A DNA stretch of 64,000 nt from contig NC_086118.1 of the NCBI RefSeq assembly GCF_963921235.1, positions 18,726,001-18,790,000 on the forward strand, in the 5' to 3' direction. Numbering within the stretch: position 1 is the stretch's first letter; every line of letters begins with the position of its first letter. Shown here piece by piece: positions 13,321 to 25,584 of this stretch. Made by a program: the position numbers and the translations under genes. This DNA comes from Mobula hypostoma (lineage: Eukaryota). A model generated the notes under the pieces. The model was not told where the DNA came from. It saw only the letters and a list, made by a program, of their open reading frames with translations, and did no database searches.

Positions 13321-15059
13321 GCACCTCAGTACACTACTTCAAATCAAGTACTTCGATACACTATTGCAAACAAATTCAGATGTTTTAGTCTGTTTATCCA
13401 AAAAAGCTGAGGGTAGATGTTGCATTAAAAATCAACTTCTGCTTATTTCTGCTGGAAGAGCAGGTTTCAGTGGTTGAGAACTGCCTAAGTCATTAGTTTT
13501 TAAAGTTGGTGTAACACTCAAATTGGTTGTGGTACAGTAAAATTTGGGTTGAAAGCTCTGCTTCTTCAAAGAAATGCTGCTCCATAAACTGGGGATCTTG
13601 TTATTGTCAGGTTGCATAGCCGAATCACTTGGTGAAAGTGAGTTGCCCCCAAAGGAAACTCGAAAGCCACTGATTTTGGAAAAGTTAATTGAATTAATTA
13701 AAACACACTTTAATGCCAAGGTTAATCTTCTACTGTGGAGTGAGTGTCTTTATAATGAGCTGCTGCTTTCATTGCCATTCAAATATAAATGCAATCCCAA
13801 ACCCTTACATGGAGGAGAAAGTGTCAGATGATTTATATCGAATACTCAGTTGAATCACGTCATTAACTGGGATTTTAAAATTGAATAGAAGGATGATTAT
13901 AAATTTGATTAAAAGTTGCAGCATTTTAAAAGCTCTTTTCTTGACATAAGCTGCATTTCTGAATATTTTTGACTTTTAAGACTTGATTTCCAAATCTTGT
14001 TCAGCTTGCAAAATATTTGTAAGTTGCCTGTGTCCCGTTGGGATCAATAAATAATCAAATTTTAAAAGTTCTTATTTCCCATTGTGTGAACCCTAACTAC
14101 AGCTTCACAGGTGAGTAAATTATTGAATCTTGATCTCCAAAATACGTTCCTTTTTCTGAATGACTCATAAGTTATGTTTGTCCTCAATGTTCTAGATATC
14201 GTGGTGTTGTGATCCTGGCAAAATTGGATAACTAACTGAAGGTATCTGGTGTCACAATCCCTACCGAGACATCAAAGAGGCAGAAGGTTGTCAATGTAGC
14301 GTTCAGATTTGATTTTGCAGAGAAAGGGAATCAGCCTGACATACAAGACAGAGAATGCAATTAAACAATTCTGAATGTTTTAATTATTTGGCCATTTGAT
14401 TAATTCCTACAAAATACTGTAAATTCTAGAATTAAGTCACCTTCCCTTTTCATTTCTAATTATACTTTTGGACTTGGCAAAGGCAGGTTGACAGTCCTAC
14501 CTGTTCAACACCTACACATAACCAACACATGAGATGCACATGCATTCATACAATTCAAGGCACGCAGATCGAAACTCAAGCCTTTGTAGCTGTCTCCACG
14601 GGAAGGCAGTCCCCACGGCAACAACAGATGGAACCAGATAAGAAAAAAGCAGGGAATGATGAAAACAGATGACTGATGTGAAAATATGATTGAAGAGCAC
14701 TAATTGCATTAATGAGTGGATTGGTATGATGTTTGCAATCTGAAGGTCAGCAGGCAGATTACAGGTCACAAGGTATCTGTACATGTCTCATCACTTTCTC
14801 ACTGTCTCCTCAGTTTCCTCGTCTCTGGCTAATGACATCAAAATTTTCAATCTTCCCATTCCACCCCATGCATAATGTTGTTCATATCTGAAGATCAATG
14901 GTGTTCGCGGGGAGCTGGCAGAATGGAATATTGTTTCTGTGCTCAGTCCTATCATCAGCACTAGTCACACATGAATTGTTGAACAGACTCTACAGGATAA
15001 CAGTAAGACGTCCACACAATAGCATATGCTGAAATGTGTTTCCATGCAAGAGCATAGGA

Positions 15060-15240
15060 AATCAAGACAACAGGAAAATAGAAACAGGAGTAGGCCACCA
15101 CACCCACCCAGCCTGTTTCGCTATTCAAAAGAATCATGGCTAATCAATATCAACCTCTGCTGAGCCATTTCTCCACAACCATCTATTCTTCAATCTATCA
15201 AATATTCATCCACCTCCATTTTAAATGTGATCCATTGTCC
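15060..15240 (-). mobile_element. CR1 3' end fragment
   Basis: ACAGGAGTAGGCCA...AGCCTGTTTCGCTATTCAA...ATCATGGCTAATC matches the CR1 3' end at 23965-24330. Confidence 0.7.
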
Positions 15241-16962
15241 ATGAGGTCATAGAGGAAATCAGCCAGGCTACAAATTGATGGGGGAAGGGAGTGTTGAGTG
15301 AGGTGTAGTATTAGCAATCAAGAGGGCAGAGGGAATATAAATGTTCAGACCGTGGGACCGAGGAGTAGGGTGACTAGGTCAGACGAAATGGGTCAGGGGG
15401 AAGATGAAAGAGATTGTTCAGTTTGGAGGAGATGGGGATTTGAAAGGCACTGTGGACCATGAGGAAATAGTTGGGTTAATGTTTTCTTGAGAGTGGGTTG
15501 ATCATAGATGAGTAAAGACACGGAATATAGGTGAAGAGCAAGAGGAAAGGCCTACTTGAAATAAGGGAAAATGAGAAGTTGATAGGAGCTACAAAGAGGT
15601 AGTTACTCCTAAGCTGCAGGAGGCAGGTAGCTGGGTGACTGTTGTGTGAGCAAAAGGGAATATGCAGCCAAAGCAGAGTACCTCTGTGGCCATTCCAGTC
15701 AAGAGTAAATACACCACTTTGGATACTGTTGGGAGAGAAGTCCAACTGGGGGAATCCGCGCTGGCTGGGTCTTTGGCTCTGAACCTGGCTCTGTGACTCT
15801 GAAGGGAAGGGGGAGAAAAGGAGTGTAGTAGTGAAAAGGATTCCATAGTTAGAGGAGCAGATAGGAGATTCTGTGGATTTGAACGAGACACCTGGATAGT
15901 ATGTTGCCTCCCCAGTGCCAGGGTCAGGGATGCCTCTGATCGATTCCATAGCATTCAAAAGGGAGAAGGTGAGCAGCCAGAAGTTGTGGTACATATTGGT
16001 ACCAATGATATAGGAAGGAAAAGGGTGGAGGTCCTGAAGAGATGGTATAGGAAGTTAGATAGAAAGCTGAAAAGAAGGACCTCCAGGGTACAAGCCATTC
16101 AGAATAAGATGATTTAGGAGATGAATGTGTGGCTGAGGAATTGGTGCAGGGGCAGGTTGCAGATATCTGTGTCATTGGGGTCTATTCTGTGGATGGTGTG
16201 ACCTGTACAAAAAGGACGAGTTACACCTGAACCCAAGGGGAAACAATATACCCATGGACAGGTTTGCTAGAGCAGTTGGGGAAGGTTTAAACTGATTCAG
16301 CAGGAGGATGGGAACCAGAGTGAGAGGGCTGAGGATGGGGCAGTTGGCATACAAGTACATGCAGAGTGTAGCGAACCAGTGGGTAAGGACAATCAGGTGA
16401 TATGGCAAAATTGCAGTCAGTCAGGTGAGTTACAGTGTAACATGGGGGCAAAATCGAAAAGGGTGATGATACAGGACTGAATGTGTTATAAATGAATGTA
16501 CGCAGTATACAGAATGAGGTAGTTGACTTTGTAACGCAGTTGGAGATTTGCAGGTATGACTTTGTGGGGATCGCTGAGATATAGTTGAAAGAAGATCATT
16601 ACTGGGAGGTTACCATTCAAAGATACACATTGTATTAAAAGGACAGGTAGGTAGGCAGGGTGGGGTGTGGTGGCTCTGTCAGAAGTCTAACCCTTAGGAA
16701 AAGGTGACATTGGATTGAAAGATGTAGTATCATTGTGAGTAAAGAAATTTCTATGATAAAAAGACCATAATGGGAGTTATTTACAGGCCTCCAATCAGTA
16801 GCCAGGATTTGGGATACAAATTAAAATCGGAGATAAAAAAGTCATGTCAAAAAAGGAAATGACATTCATCATGATTTTCAATATGCACATAGACTCAGAA
16901 AATTAGGTTGGTGCTGGATTCCAAGAGAGAGTATTTGTAGAAAGTCACAACTTGGCTTTTTA

Positions 16963-17154
16963 CCAACACACACAAAATGCTGGAGGAACTCAGCAGGCCA
17001 GACAGCATCTAGGAAAAGAGTACAGTCGATGTTTCAGGCTGAAACCCTTCAGCAGGACTCTTTTCCTAAATGCTGCCTGGCCTGCTGAGTTCCTCCAGCA
17101 TTTTGTGTGTATTGTTTGGATTTCCAGCATCTGCAGATTTTCTATCATTTGAGA
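16963..17154. mobile_element. PLE-terminus insertion with inverted arms flanking a hammerhead motif
   Basis: Arms 16968-17021 and 17057-17110 are 54-bp inverted repeats with 2 mismatches. The spacer reads GTCCTGCTGAAGGGTTTCAGCCTGAAACATCGAC on the minus strand. Direct repeat TGGCTTTTTA at 16953-16962 and 17155-17164. Confidence 0.88.
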
Positions 17155-18012
17155 TGGCTTTTTAGAGCAGCTTGTGGTTGCACCCACGAGGGGAAAGGCA
17201 ATTCTTGATTGGGTGTTGTGTAATCAGCCATATTTGATAATGGTACTTAAGGTAAAGGAATCCTTATAAGACAATGATCATAATATGGTAGAATTCACCC
17301 TGCAGTTTGAGAAGCTAAAGACAGATATATCGGTATTATAGTGAAGCAAATGGAATTACAGAGGAATGCACGAGGACCTAGCCAAATTTGATTAGAAGGG
17401 GACATGAGCAGGGATAACAACAGAGCAGCAATGGCTGGAGTTTCTGGGAGCAATTCGGAAGGCGCAGAATAGATATATCCCAATGGTGAACAAATATTCT
17501 AAAGAGAGGACTATGCAACTGTGGCTGATGAGGTAAGTTAAAGACAACATAAAAGCAACTGAAAGGGCATACAATATCGCAAAAATTAGAGGAAAGTTAG
17601 AAGATTGAGAAGCTATTAAAAATCAACAGAAGACAACCAAAAAAAACATAAGGAGGGAAAAGATGATGTATGAAGGTCAGCTAGCCAATAATATAAAAGA
17701 AGATTCCAAGAGTTTTTTTTTACATATATAAAGAGTAAAAATAGATGTGTGAGCAGATATCATACTGCTAGGAAACAATAAAGACTGTTAATAAGTATTT
17801 TGCATCAGTCTTCACTGTGGAAAACACAAGCAGTATGCCAACAATTCGAGAGTGTCAGTGGGCAGAAGTGAGTGTGGTTGTTATACTAAAGAGAAGATGC
17901 TTGCCAAGCTGAAAGGTCTGAAGGTAGATAAGTCACCTGGACTAGATGGAGTACACCCACAGGGTTCTGAAAGGGGTAGCTGATGAGATTGTGGAGGCAT
18001 TTGTAATGACAT

Positions 18013-18320
18013 TTCAGAATCAGAATCAAGTTTATTGTCACCGGCATGTGCCATGAAATTTGTTAACTTAGCAGCAGCAGCAATACAATGGAATACATGA
18101 TAATATAGAAATCAATCAATCAATTATAGTAAGTATATGTATGTATTTTGAATAGATTAAAAATAGTACCAGACAGAAATAATATATATTTTTTTTAAAG
18201 TGAGGTACTCTTCCTGGGTTCAATGTCCATTTAGAAATCGTATGGCAGAGGGGAAGAAGCTGTCCCTGAATCGCTGACTGTGTGCCTTCAGATTTCTGTA
18301 CCTCCTTCCTGACGGTAATC
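18013..18320 (-). mobile_element. Rex1/Babar-like 3' end nested in CR1
   Basis: TCAGAATCAGAATCAAGTTTATT tail and the AGAGGGGAAGAAGCTGTCCCTGAATCG motif. Confidence 0.85.
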
Positions 18321-20136
18321 ACTATATTTTCAAATGGTTTCAGAGGACTGGTAAACTACAGATGTCACTCCACTTTTCAAGGAGACTTCAGTGGTTGGGA
18401 AGATGTTGAAGTTCATTATTAAGGATGAGTTTATGGGATGCTTGGAGACACATGTTAAAACAGGCCAGTCAGCATGGTTTCCTTCAGGGGAAATCTTGCT
18501 TGATAAACTTGTTGGAATCTTTTGAAGAAATAATAAGCAGGATAGACAAAGAAATGTCAGTGGATGTTGTATACTTGGATTTTCAGAAGGCCTTTGACAG
18601 GGTACAGCAACTTAACAAGATTAGAGCCTCTGGAATTACAAACAAGGTACTGTACTTGCATGGATAGAAGACCGCCTGACTGACTGGCAGGAAGCAAAGA
18701 GTGGGAATAAGGGGAAATAAGGGGGACCTTTTCTGGTTGGCTGCTGGTGATAGAGGTGTTCCATTGTTGGGACCTATTTACACATCAATGATTTGGATGA
18801 CAGAATTGATGGCTTTATGGCCAGGTTTGTGAATGATACGGAGATGGATGGAGGGGCAGATAGCATTGAGGAAGCAGAGGGTCTGCAGAAGGACTTAGAC
18901 AGATTGGGAAAACGGATGAAGAAGTGGCAGACGGGCAGGTGGGGTATAGTGAAGGGAAGTGCAGGGTCATGCACTTTGGTAGAAAGAATGAAGGCATAGA
19001 CTATTTTCTAAATGTAAAATTCAAAAACTCAGAGGACTAGAATAAGCAAAGATGTAATGCTGAGGCTTTATAAGACATTGGTCAGACTGCACTTGGAATA
19101 ACGTGGCAGTTTTGGGCCCCTTATCTAAGAAAAAAATGTGCTGGCATTGGAGTGGTTTCAAGGGAGGTTCACAAAAATGGTCCTGGGAATGGAAGAGTTA
19201 ATGTGTGAGGAGCGTTTGATCACCCTAGGCTTGTACTCGCTAGAGTTTAGAAGAATGAGGAGAGATCTCATTGAAACGTGTTAAATTGTGAAAGGCCTAG
19301 ATAGAGTGAATGTGGAGAGGATGTTTCCTACAGTGGGAGAATCTAGGACAAGCAGACACAGCCTCAGAATAGAGGGATGTCAATTTAGAATAGAGATGAG
19401 GAGGAATTTCTTTCGCCGATGGAATTCATTGTGGAATTCATTGCACAGGCAGCTGTGAAGTGGTTGGGTATATTTAAAGCGGAGTTTAAAAGCTGCTTGA
19501 TTGTCCAGATCAAAGGTTACAGGGAGAAGCTTGCACAATGGGGTTGAGGGGGATAATAAATCAGCCATGATGAAATGGTGGAGAAGATTCGATGGTCCAA
19601 ATGGCCTAATTCTGCTCCTAAGTCTTATAGTCAATGGTGTAATGGTTTATAATAGATGGTAAATATAAGATATCTTTCACACTCAGCAGGTTTTCAGTAT
19701 CCTGCCATGTACGCCTTTGGGGCTGATGTCTTGCAAGGGTTACACACTCTTAACGGATGTTCTGATGTTGGCATCCAAGTGAGAGATCACAGAGTCATCA
19801 GGCACTGTGGGGTTTTGCACTGTTGTAGTTTTGTTCTCTCTTTCAAAGCATGCATAAAATACCCACAGCTACCTATCACCTAATACACACAAATGTAGAA
19901 GCAAATCGTATTCACTTCTGGCTGGGATTCTTTGGAAAGACACCAGAAACATCTTCCGTATGGAGGCTGACAAAGTTGGCTTACGTGCCTGTACATGAAA
20001 TGGCAGATGTCAGCTGGAGATCAGGTATGACTGAGGCTGACACCCAGCTCCACTTAACCCTTTTCTTTTTCCGTGGTTGCTTACCAGGTTACTGACTATT
20101 TCTAGCAATTTCTCTTTTTGTATTTCACATTACCAA

Positions 20137-20444
20137 AGTAAAGGCATCCATTAGTCTTGCGAGACCATGGATCTGCGCCTGGAAAGTCTTCACTCTCCAG
20201 GGCGCAGGCCTGGGCAAGGTTGTATGGATGACCAGCAGTTGCCCATGTTGCAAGTCTCCCCTCTCCATGACACCAATGTTGTCCAAGTGCATTAGGACCC
20301 ATACAGCTTGGCACCAGTGTCATCACAGAGCAATGTGTGATTAAGTGCCTTGCTCAAGGACACAACACGTTCCCTCAGCTGGGACTCGAACTCACGACCT
20401 TCAGGTCGCTAGTCCAATGCCTTAACCACTTGGTCATGTGCCCA
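20137..20444 (-). mobile_element. tRNA-derived SINE, full length, probably RTE-type tail
   Basis: Minus strand has A-box TGACCAAGTGG, B-box GTTCGAGTCC and the same core as the SINE at 1015. TSD CACATT(A/T)CCAA at 20126-20136 and 20445-20455. Confidence 0.9.
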
Positions 20445-20749
20445 CACATTTCCAACATCCACAATTTTCATTCTGATCTTCAGAAGTGAACCCATTTGTG
20501 AACACAGCCGTAAGCTGAGAGGTTAGGTGAACTACAGCTGGCAAGGTTAGCTCCAGTCCCCAGTCATTGAGTTTGATATAGCGTACAGCATCTGGTATTT
20601 TTTTAATTTTCTGTATTTCACTTTATTGTTGTGTACTTAATTTAATTTTTGGTAATGGCTTATTATTGTATCCTTTTGTAACTGTCTGTTTTAAGTCAGT
20701 GATATTCTGGAGTTCCACCAGAGATCTACAGAATGTGCATGTTTCATAG

Positions 20750-20995
20750 AGGTTGCACAACGATTCATAGTACCAGCAACCTGGGTTCATTTCCCACCGC
20801 CGTCTTCAGGTCTCTCCATGACCAGGTGGGTTTCCTCCAGGTGCTCGGGTCTCCTCCCACAGCCCAAAGATGTATTGGTTGGTAGGTTAATTGGGCATTT
20901 TAAATTATCCCGTGATTAGACTAGGTTAAATTGGGGCTTGTAGGGCGGCCAGCGTAGCTTGAAGGACTTATACTGCACTGTAAGTTAATAGTTAT
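20750..20995 (+). mobile_element. V-SINE (HE1-like)
   Basis: V-domain GGGTTTCCTCCAGGTGCTCGGGTCTCCTCCCACA...GGTAGGTTAATTGG. Confidence 0.85.
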
Positions 20996-21514
20996 TTATT
21001 ATTTTATAGAACAAAGTAAACATTAAAAATACTTCTACATTATGCAAATTAAAATGGCAGTTTACTGAAGATTATGGGCGAGACTTATTCCAGAAGAAGT
21101 CAACAGCACTGTAGTCTGAAGATGCTACTAAAGTGAGTCCATTTTCATATTTTTGGGAAGATGTATTAATCCAGTAATTATAAAATAACTTAAGGAAAAA
21201 CCTTGGTGTGTAAGTCTGCACCACATTGAAAGAGTGTGGTGGACAAAGTTGTAAATAAAAACAAGTACAGGGTTTGGAAAGGAGTAGAGGGATTTGGGCC
21301 CAAGGTATGCAAATGGGATTAGCTAAAATTGACATCATGTTCATCAAGGATGGTAGTGGCTGAATGGTCCCAATCTGTGCAATATATTTCTGTGATTCTA
21401 TGACGATCATCTGGAGGCAGGGAAATCCATGTTATTTTGAGATGCTGAAGCTCCTAGCCCTATGCAAAAGTACGTTAGCTTCACTGGACTGCTATCAATA
21501 GCGCCAGCCTGCAC

Positions 21515-21892
21515 CGGCAGCATGGTAGCGTAATGGTTAGCACACACTTCACAGTACAGGCGACCCAGGTTCAATTCCCACTGCTGTCTGTAAGGCGTTC
21601 GAGTTTGTACATTCTCCCCATGACCACATTGGTTTCCTCCAGGTGCTACGGTTTCCTCCCAAAGTCTAAAGCTGTACCGGAAGGTAGGTTAATGTGTCAT
21701 TGTAAATTGTGCTGAAATTAGGATAGTTTAAATCAGGGATTCAAGCAACACACATCAAAGTTGCTGGTGAATGCAGCAGGCCAGGCAGCATCTCTAGGAA
21801 GAGGTACAGTCGACTTATCAGGCCGAGACCCTTCATTAAATCAGGGATTGCTGGGTCTATTAGGCACTGTATCTCAATAAGTAATAAATAAA
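21515..21892 (+). mobile_element. V-SINE (HE1-like) interrupted by a PLE mini-insertion
   Basis: tRNA head GGTAGCGTAATGGTTAGC...GGTTCAATTCC, V-domain, A-rich tail. Confidence 0.88.
21742..21835 (-). mobile_element. 94-bp PLE-terminus mini-insertion, 5'-truncated inside the hammerhead core
   Basis: Perfect 14-bp TSD TTAAATCAGGGATT at 21728-21741 and 21836-21849. The minus strand starts TGAAGGGTCTCGGCCTGATAAGTCGAC. Confidence 0.9.
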
Positions 21893-22874
21893 TTTGGCTG
21901 TGATCACTGACAGTAACACACAGGTAACCGTTTGTTTAATTTTATTCATTCACTTTATGTTACATTTTGTTGTATTTTTTTTAATAACTGTAACCTTTCA
22001 TAAGATCCACTTAAACGGTGTCACAATATCTCTCCTGTCAGCTACATGTGAAATCATGAAAACAGGCCATTTATTAAAAAGCCACCGAGACAGGACCTCA
22101 AATTCTGCTGTTGCCCATATTCCTCATGGATGGCTGCAGTCTCAGATCGCCAGATTCATCCATCTTGTGAGGACGTTGCGGTAAAGGTAAAATTGGCAAA
22201 TGGACATCAGATCCACCATAATTCAGCTCCGTGACTACGCACTCCACTTCTGACCAATGAATAGAGGAATGGGTTCAAGATATTGCTGAGCAGAAACTAG
22301 ATAAAGTAACATTCAAGAGACGTTGCCAGATAATATTGTGTCCCTAATCCAAATAGAAGCCCAAAATTTGGATGAATGTTGAAAACACAGCTGAAACTTG
22401 TTGGAATGTTATTGTGTTAATCAAGTACAACTTACACTGTCTGAAAGTAATGACATGCAATTCGATGTGAGTCATTCCACCAACTGCCTGGTCTCCACTG
22501 TTATTTGTGGAATTCCCTTCTGGAAATGATAGTGGGGGCTAAAGGCACTAAATTACATGGTAAGGATGCTATAGGTTATCCAACATATTTTTCATCATCA
22601 ACACCTTTGCAAATTCAGCGCATAAGAGCCTTTTGCCCCCTTCATTCAATTGTTTGCTTATTAGCTTCAAACTCTGCGCACATGTTCCTGGTCGTAAGGA
22701 GACCTAATGTAGCGGAGGTGGAATGGAGAACTAAAGGGAACTACAGACCAGCACTACTGATAACAGAATGATTAATTGCTCTGCAGTAATCAGCAGAATA
22801 TAAACAATTTCCGAAGAGATAATTGGTGTTTAATTTGAACTAGATGGCGCCTAGATCATTTCCACTATTTAGAC

Positions 22875-22985
22875 TTAGATCCACCCGAAGAAGGCAATGG
22901 CAAACCACTTCTGTAGAAAAAAATTGCGAAGAGCAGTTATGGTCAAAGACCATGATTGCCCACGTCATACTGCAGCACCCACATA
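22875..22985 (+). mobile_element. RTE-type 3' end; its (ATG)n tail is displaced to ~23291-23303
   Basis: GAAGAAGGCAATGGCAAACCACTTCTGTA is an RTE/Bov-B-like 3' motif. Confidence 0.65.
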
Positions 22986-23290
22986 GGTTGCTATGGTGGC
23001 GTAGTGGTTATTGCAGCTCAGGGCATTCCGGAGTTTGGAGTTCAATTTCAGCGTCTTCTGTAAGGAGTCTCTATACCTCCTCCCTGTGGAACGTGTAGGT
23101 TTTTTCCAAGTGCTCCGGTTTCCTCCCACAGTCTAAAGATGTACCAGGTAGGTTAGTTGGATATTGGAAATTGTCCCTGTGATTAGGCTAGGGTTAATAG
23201 GGCTTGTCGGGGGTTGCTGGGGCGGCGTGGCTCAAAGGGCCAGCAGGATCTACTCCGTGGCTTATCACTAAAATAAAATAAATTTTTAAA
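22986..23290 (+). mobile_element. V-SINE (HE1-like)
   Basis: GGTGGCGTAGTGG...GTTCAATT head, TGCTCCGGTTTCCTCCCACAGTCTAAAGA V-domain, AAAATAAAATAAA tail. Confidence 0.88.
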
Positions 23291-23644
23291 AATGATGATG
23301 ATGGATCTGCCTTAACATGATGGTAACAGCCATCAGGAGAATCTATGCTTGTAATCAGTCTAATTCCAGAGGCAAACCAGGGCTTAGATGAACCTAACAA
23401 AAAGAAAATGAATAGGTGGTTATCATTTGATGTAAAGGGTCTATCAGTTATTCAGGATGACCATGATACTTCAACATCAATTCTACCTTCCTGCTCTTAT
23501 CTAAGTCATGATCACACATCAGACGAGATTCCAGGACCACTACACTGTATAGTGAATATCAGCACTGCCTGACGGGGCGCAGTCTGATACACCAGGCTGT
23601 ATTCTGTGCACTCATTGGTTTTCGTACACACAAGATCAGTGAAG

Positions 23645-23748
23645 TGCTCATGAACGGACTTGACTCGAAATGTCGACTGCTTATTCCCTTCCATAAATGC
23701 TGACTGACCTACTGAGTTCCTCCAGCATTTTGTGTATTGGTTTTGGTG
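23645..23748 (+). mobile_element. Degenerate PLE-terminus fragment
   Basis: CGAAATGTCGACTG...ATGCTGACTGACCTACTGAGTTCCTCCAGCATTTTGTGT. Confidence 0.8.
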
Positions 23749-23964
23749 CAACAGGGTCAGGAAGAGAAAGCACTAAAGATTCTTAATCCAGGGTGTTAAT
23801 TTGTTGACTCATGTTCAAAAGAAAGTGTTGAAGTGGAGAGCATCACAGCAACAAACTAAGTTCATACTAACAACTCCGGATGATTATTTGGAGAAACTTG
23901 TGGCTTCTAAAGTGCACTACAACACTCATTATCTCAGGAGAGGTGTAAAGAATCTTTACTTAAA

Positions 23965-24330
23965 GGAAATAAGAAATAGGAGCAGGAGTAGGCCATCGGG
24001 CCTGTCGAGCCTGCTCTGCCATTCAATAAGATCATGGCTGATCTGGCCATGGACTCATCTCCACCTACCTGCCTTTTTCCCATAACCTTTAGTTCCCCTA
24101 CTATGCAAAAATCTATTCAACCTTGTCTTAAATATAGTTACTGAGGCAGCCTCCACTGCTTCATTGGGCAGAGAATTCCACAGATTCACCACTCTCTGGG
24201 AAAAGCAGTTCCTCCTCATCTCTGATCTAAATCTACTCCCCCAAATCTTGAGGTTATGTCTCCTAGTTATAGTCTCACCTACCAGTGGAAACAACTTTCC
24301 TGCCTCTATCTTATCTATCCTTTTCATAAT
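23965..24330 (-). mobile_element. Relatively young CR1 3' end
   Basis: ORF 24055-24327 contains LFPLVGETITRRHNLK...FSQRVVNLWNSLP. Confidence 0.92.
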
Positions 24331-24342
24331 TAATGAATTAGA

Positions 24343-25126
24343 CTTCTGGTTTAAGATGGCACTGGTGAAGCCCAGTGACTACTTATTGGAGGCAAACAAA
24401 ACTAAGAATACAACTAAATGTTTCATTAATAACACATTTTCTGGAAAGATTTATGGTAAACGATCACTGCAAACAATGTGGAGGCGAGCAAAGGCAAGAC
24501 TGCGCTGAGGGTCGAAATGTGTGGATGTGACGCGAGGCATATTCGAGGCAAAATCAGGGTGAGCTGAGTGGAGGAGAGGCAGAATTGAGACCTGTCCACC
24601 TAAATTGAGAGCGGGGTTTCATCAATCTAAGCGCCAGACTGATTTGGAAGGGTTGGTTACGGAGCGAAACAAAGCGACTGAGTCCAGGCCCAGGGCATAT
24701 CGATGTGACAGGGCCCGAGACCTAGAGTGAGGGACGACCCGGTGTTTGGCTGATTTAAACACTGGGCCAGATGGATTGAAAGGCAGAGCCTTGGGACCAG
24801 AGCGAGAATCAGGCTGGTTCCACTCGCTATTCCGCGATGTTTACTCAGATTTGCGCTGAACTGAGGCTGAGGCTGCGTTCTGCTCTAGCTGCTACAGGAT
24901 TCGTGTCGGTGGACACACTTTCATTCTGAATGCTATTTGCTTACTTTTTATTGTTTGCATAGTTTGTTTTTTTTTTGCTCTCTGCACGTTGGGTGTTTGG
25001 CGTTTTTTTTAATGGGTTCTTTTGGGTTTCTTTGGTTTCTGGCTGCCTGTAAGGAGACGAATCTCAAGGTTGTATAACGTGTACATACTTTGATAATAAG
25101 TGCACATTGAACTTTGAACTTTGAAC
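24343..25126 (+). mobile_element. Non-coding non-autonomous retroelement with Rex1/Babar-type tail, copy 1
   Basis: Starts GGTTTAAGATGGC, has a GC/CpG-richer body and ends GACGAATCTCAAGGTTGTATA...TTTGATAATAAG...(TTTGAAC)n. Homologous to 43290-44289. Confidence 0.8.
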
Positions 25127-25584
25127 ATCAGAGATCGAAACACATCACAGCAAGGGTCAATGCGATGATGAGGGGAAGACACTGAAGCTTTTTGCCCTTT
25201 ATACAATGCACCTGAAATCCAATTGATTTAGCTACGCTTAGAGTCAATTCCCAAAAGTGTGTTGGTTCGAACTGCACATTGCATTCTCATTTGTTATGAC
25301 TGAATAAACAACCAGCTCACACCAATACTGTTTGAAGTTTTCTTTTTGGTTACAATACCTTATGGATTTGATTATGTGTGTGTTTATTCAACTTGTTTTT
25401 TTTGCCACAGTAATGTTGAAGAACAGTTCCAAGATGTGTAAGTTAAATGAATATTAATGAGCGAATGTCAGCTGCTTTTAATTGCAAGTACTTGTAAAGT
25501 TTGAAAATTGGCCTGTTGGGATTCAGCAGTCTGATTGCTGTTTTTTGAAAATTACCATTTGGTTGCTCTGTCATCTTTGAATCA

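Larger units (their letters stand above)
15550..19632 (+). mobile_element. Long degenerate CR1 LINE (ORF1 esterase, APE, RT) with two nested insertions
   Basis: ORF1 SGNH-like remnants DSIVRG..RFCG and KGEGEQPEVVVHIGTND (~15830-16010). APE remnants at ~16480-17300. RT remnants QHGFLQGKSCLINLLE and DVVYLDFQKAFD. 3' end AATGGCCTAATTCTGCTCCTAAGTCTTAT. Confidence 0.92.

Noticed and set aside
15476..15994. 172-aa minus-strand ORF, and the similar 166-aa ORF at 35626-36126
   Set aside because: These are antisense frames of CR1 ORF1 and of PLE sequence respectively.
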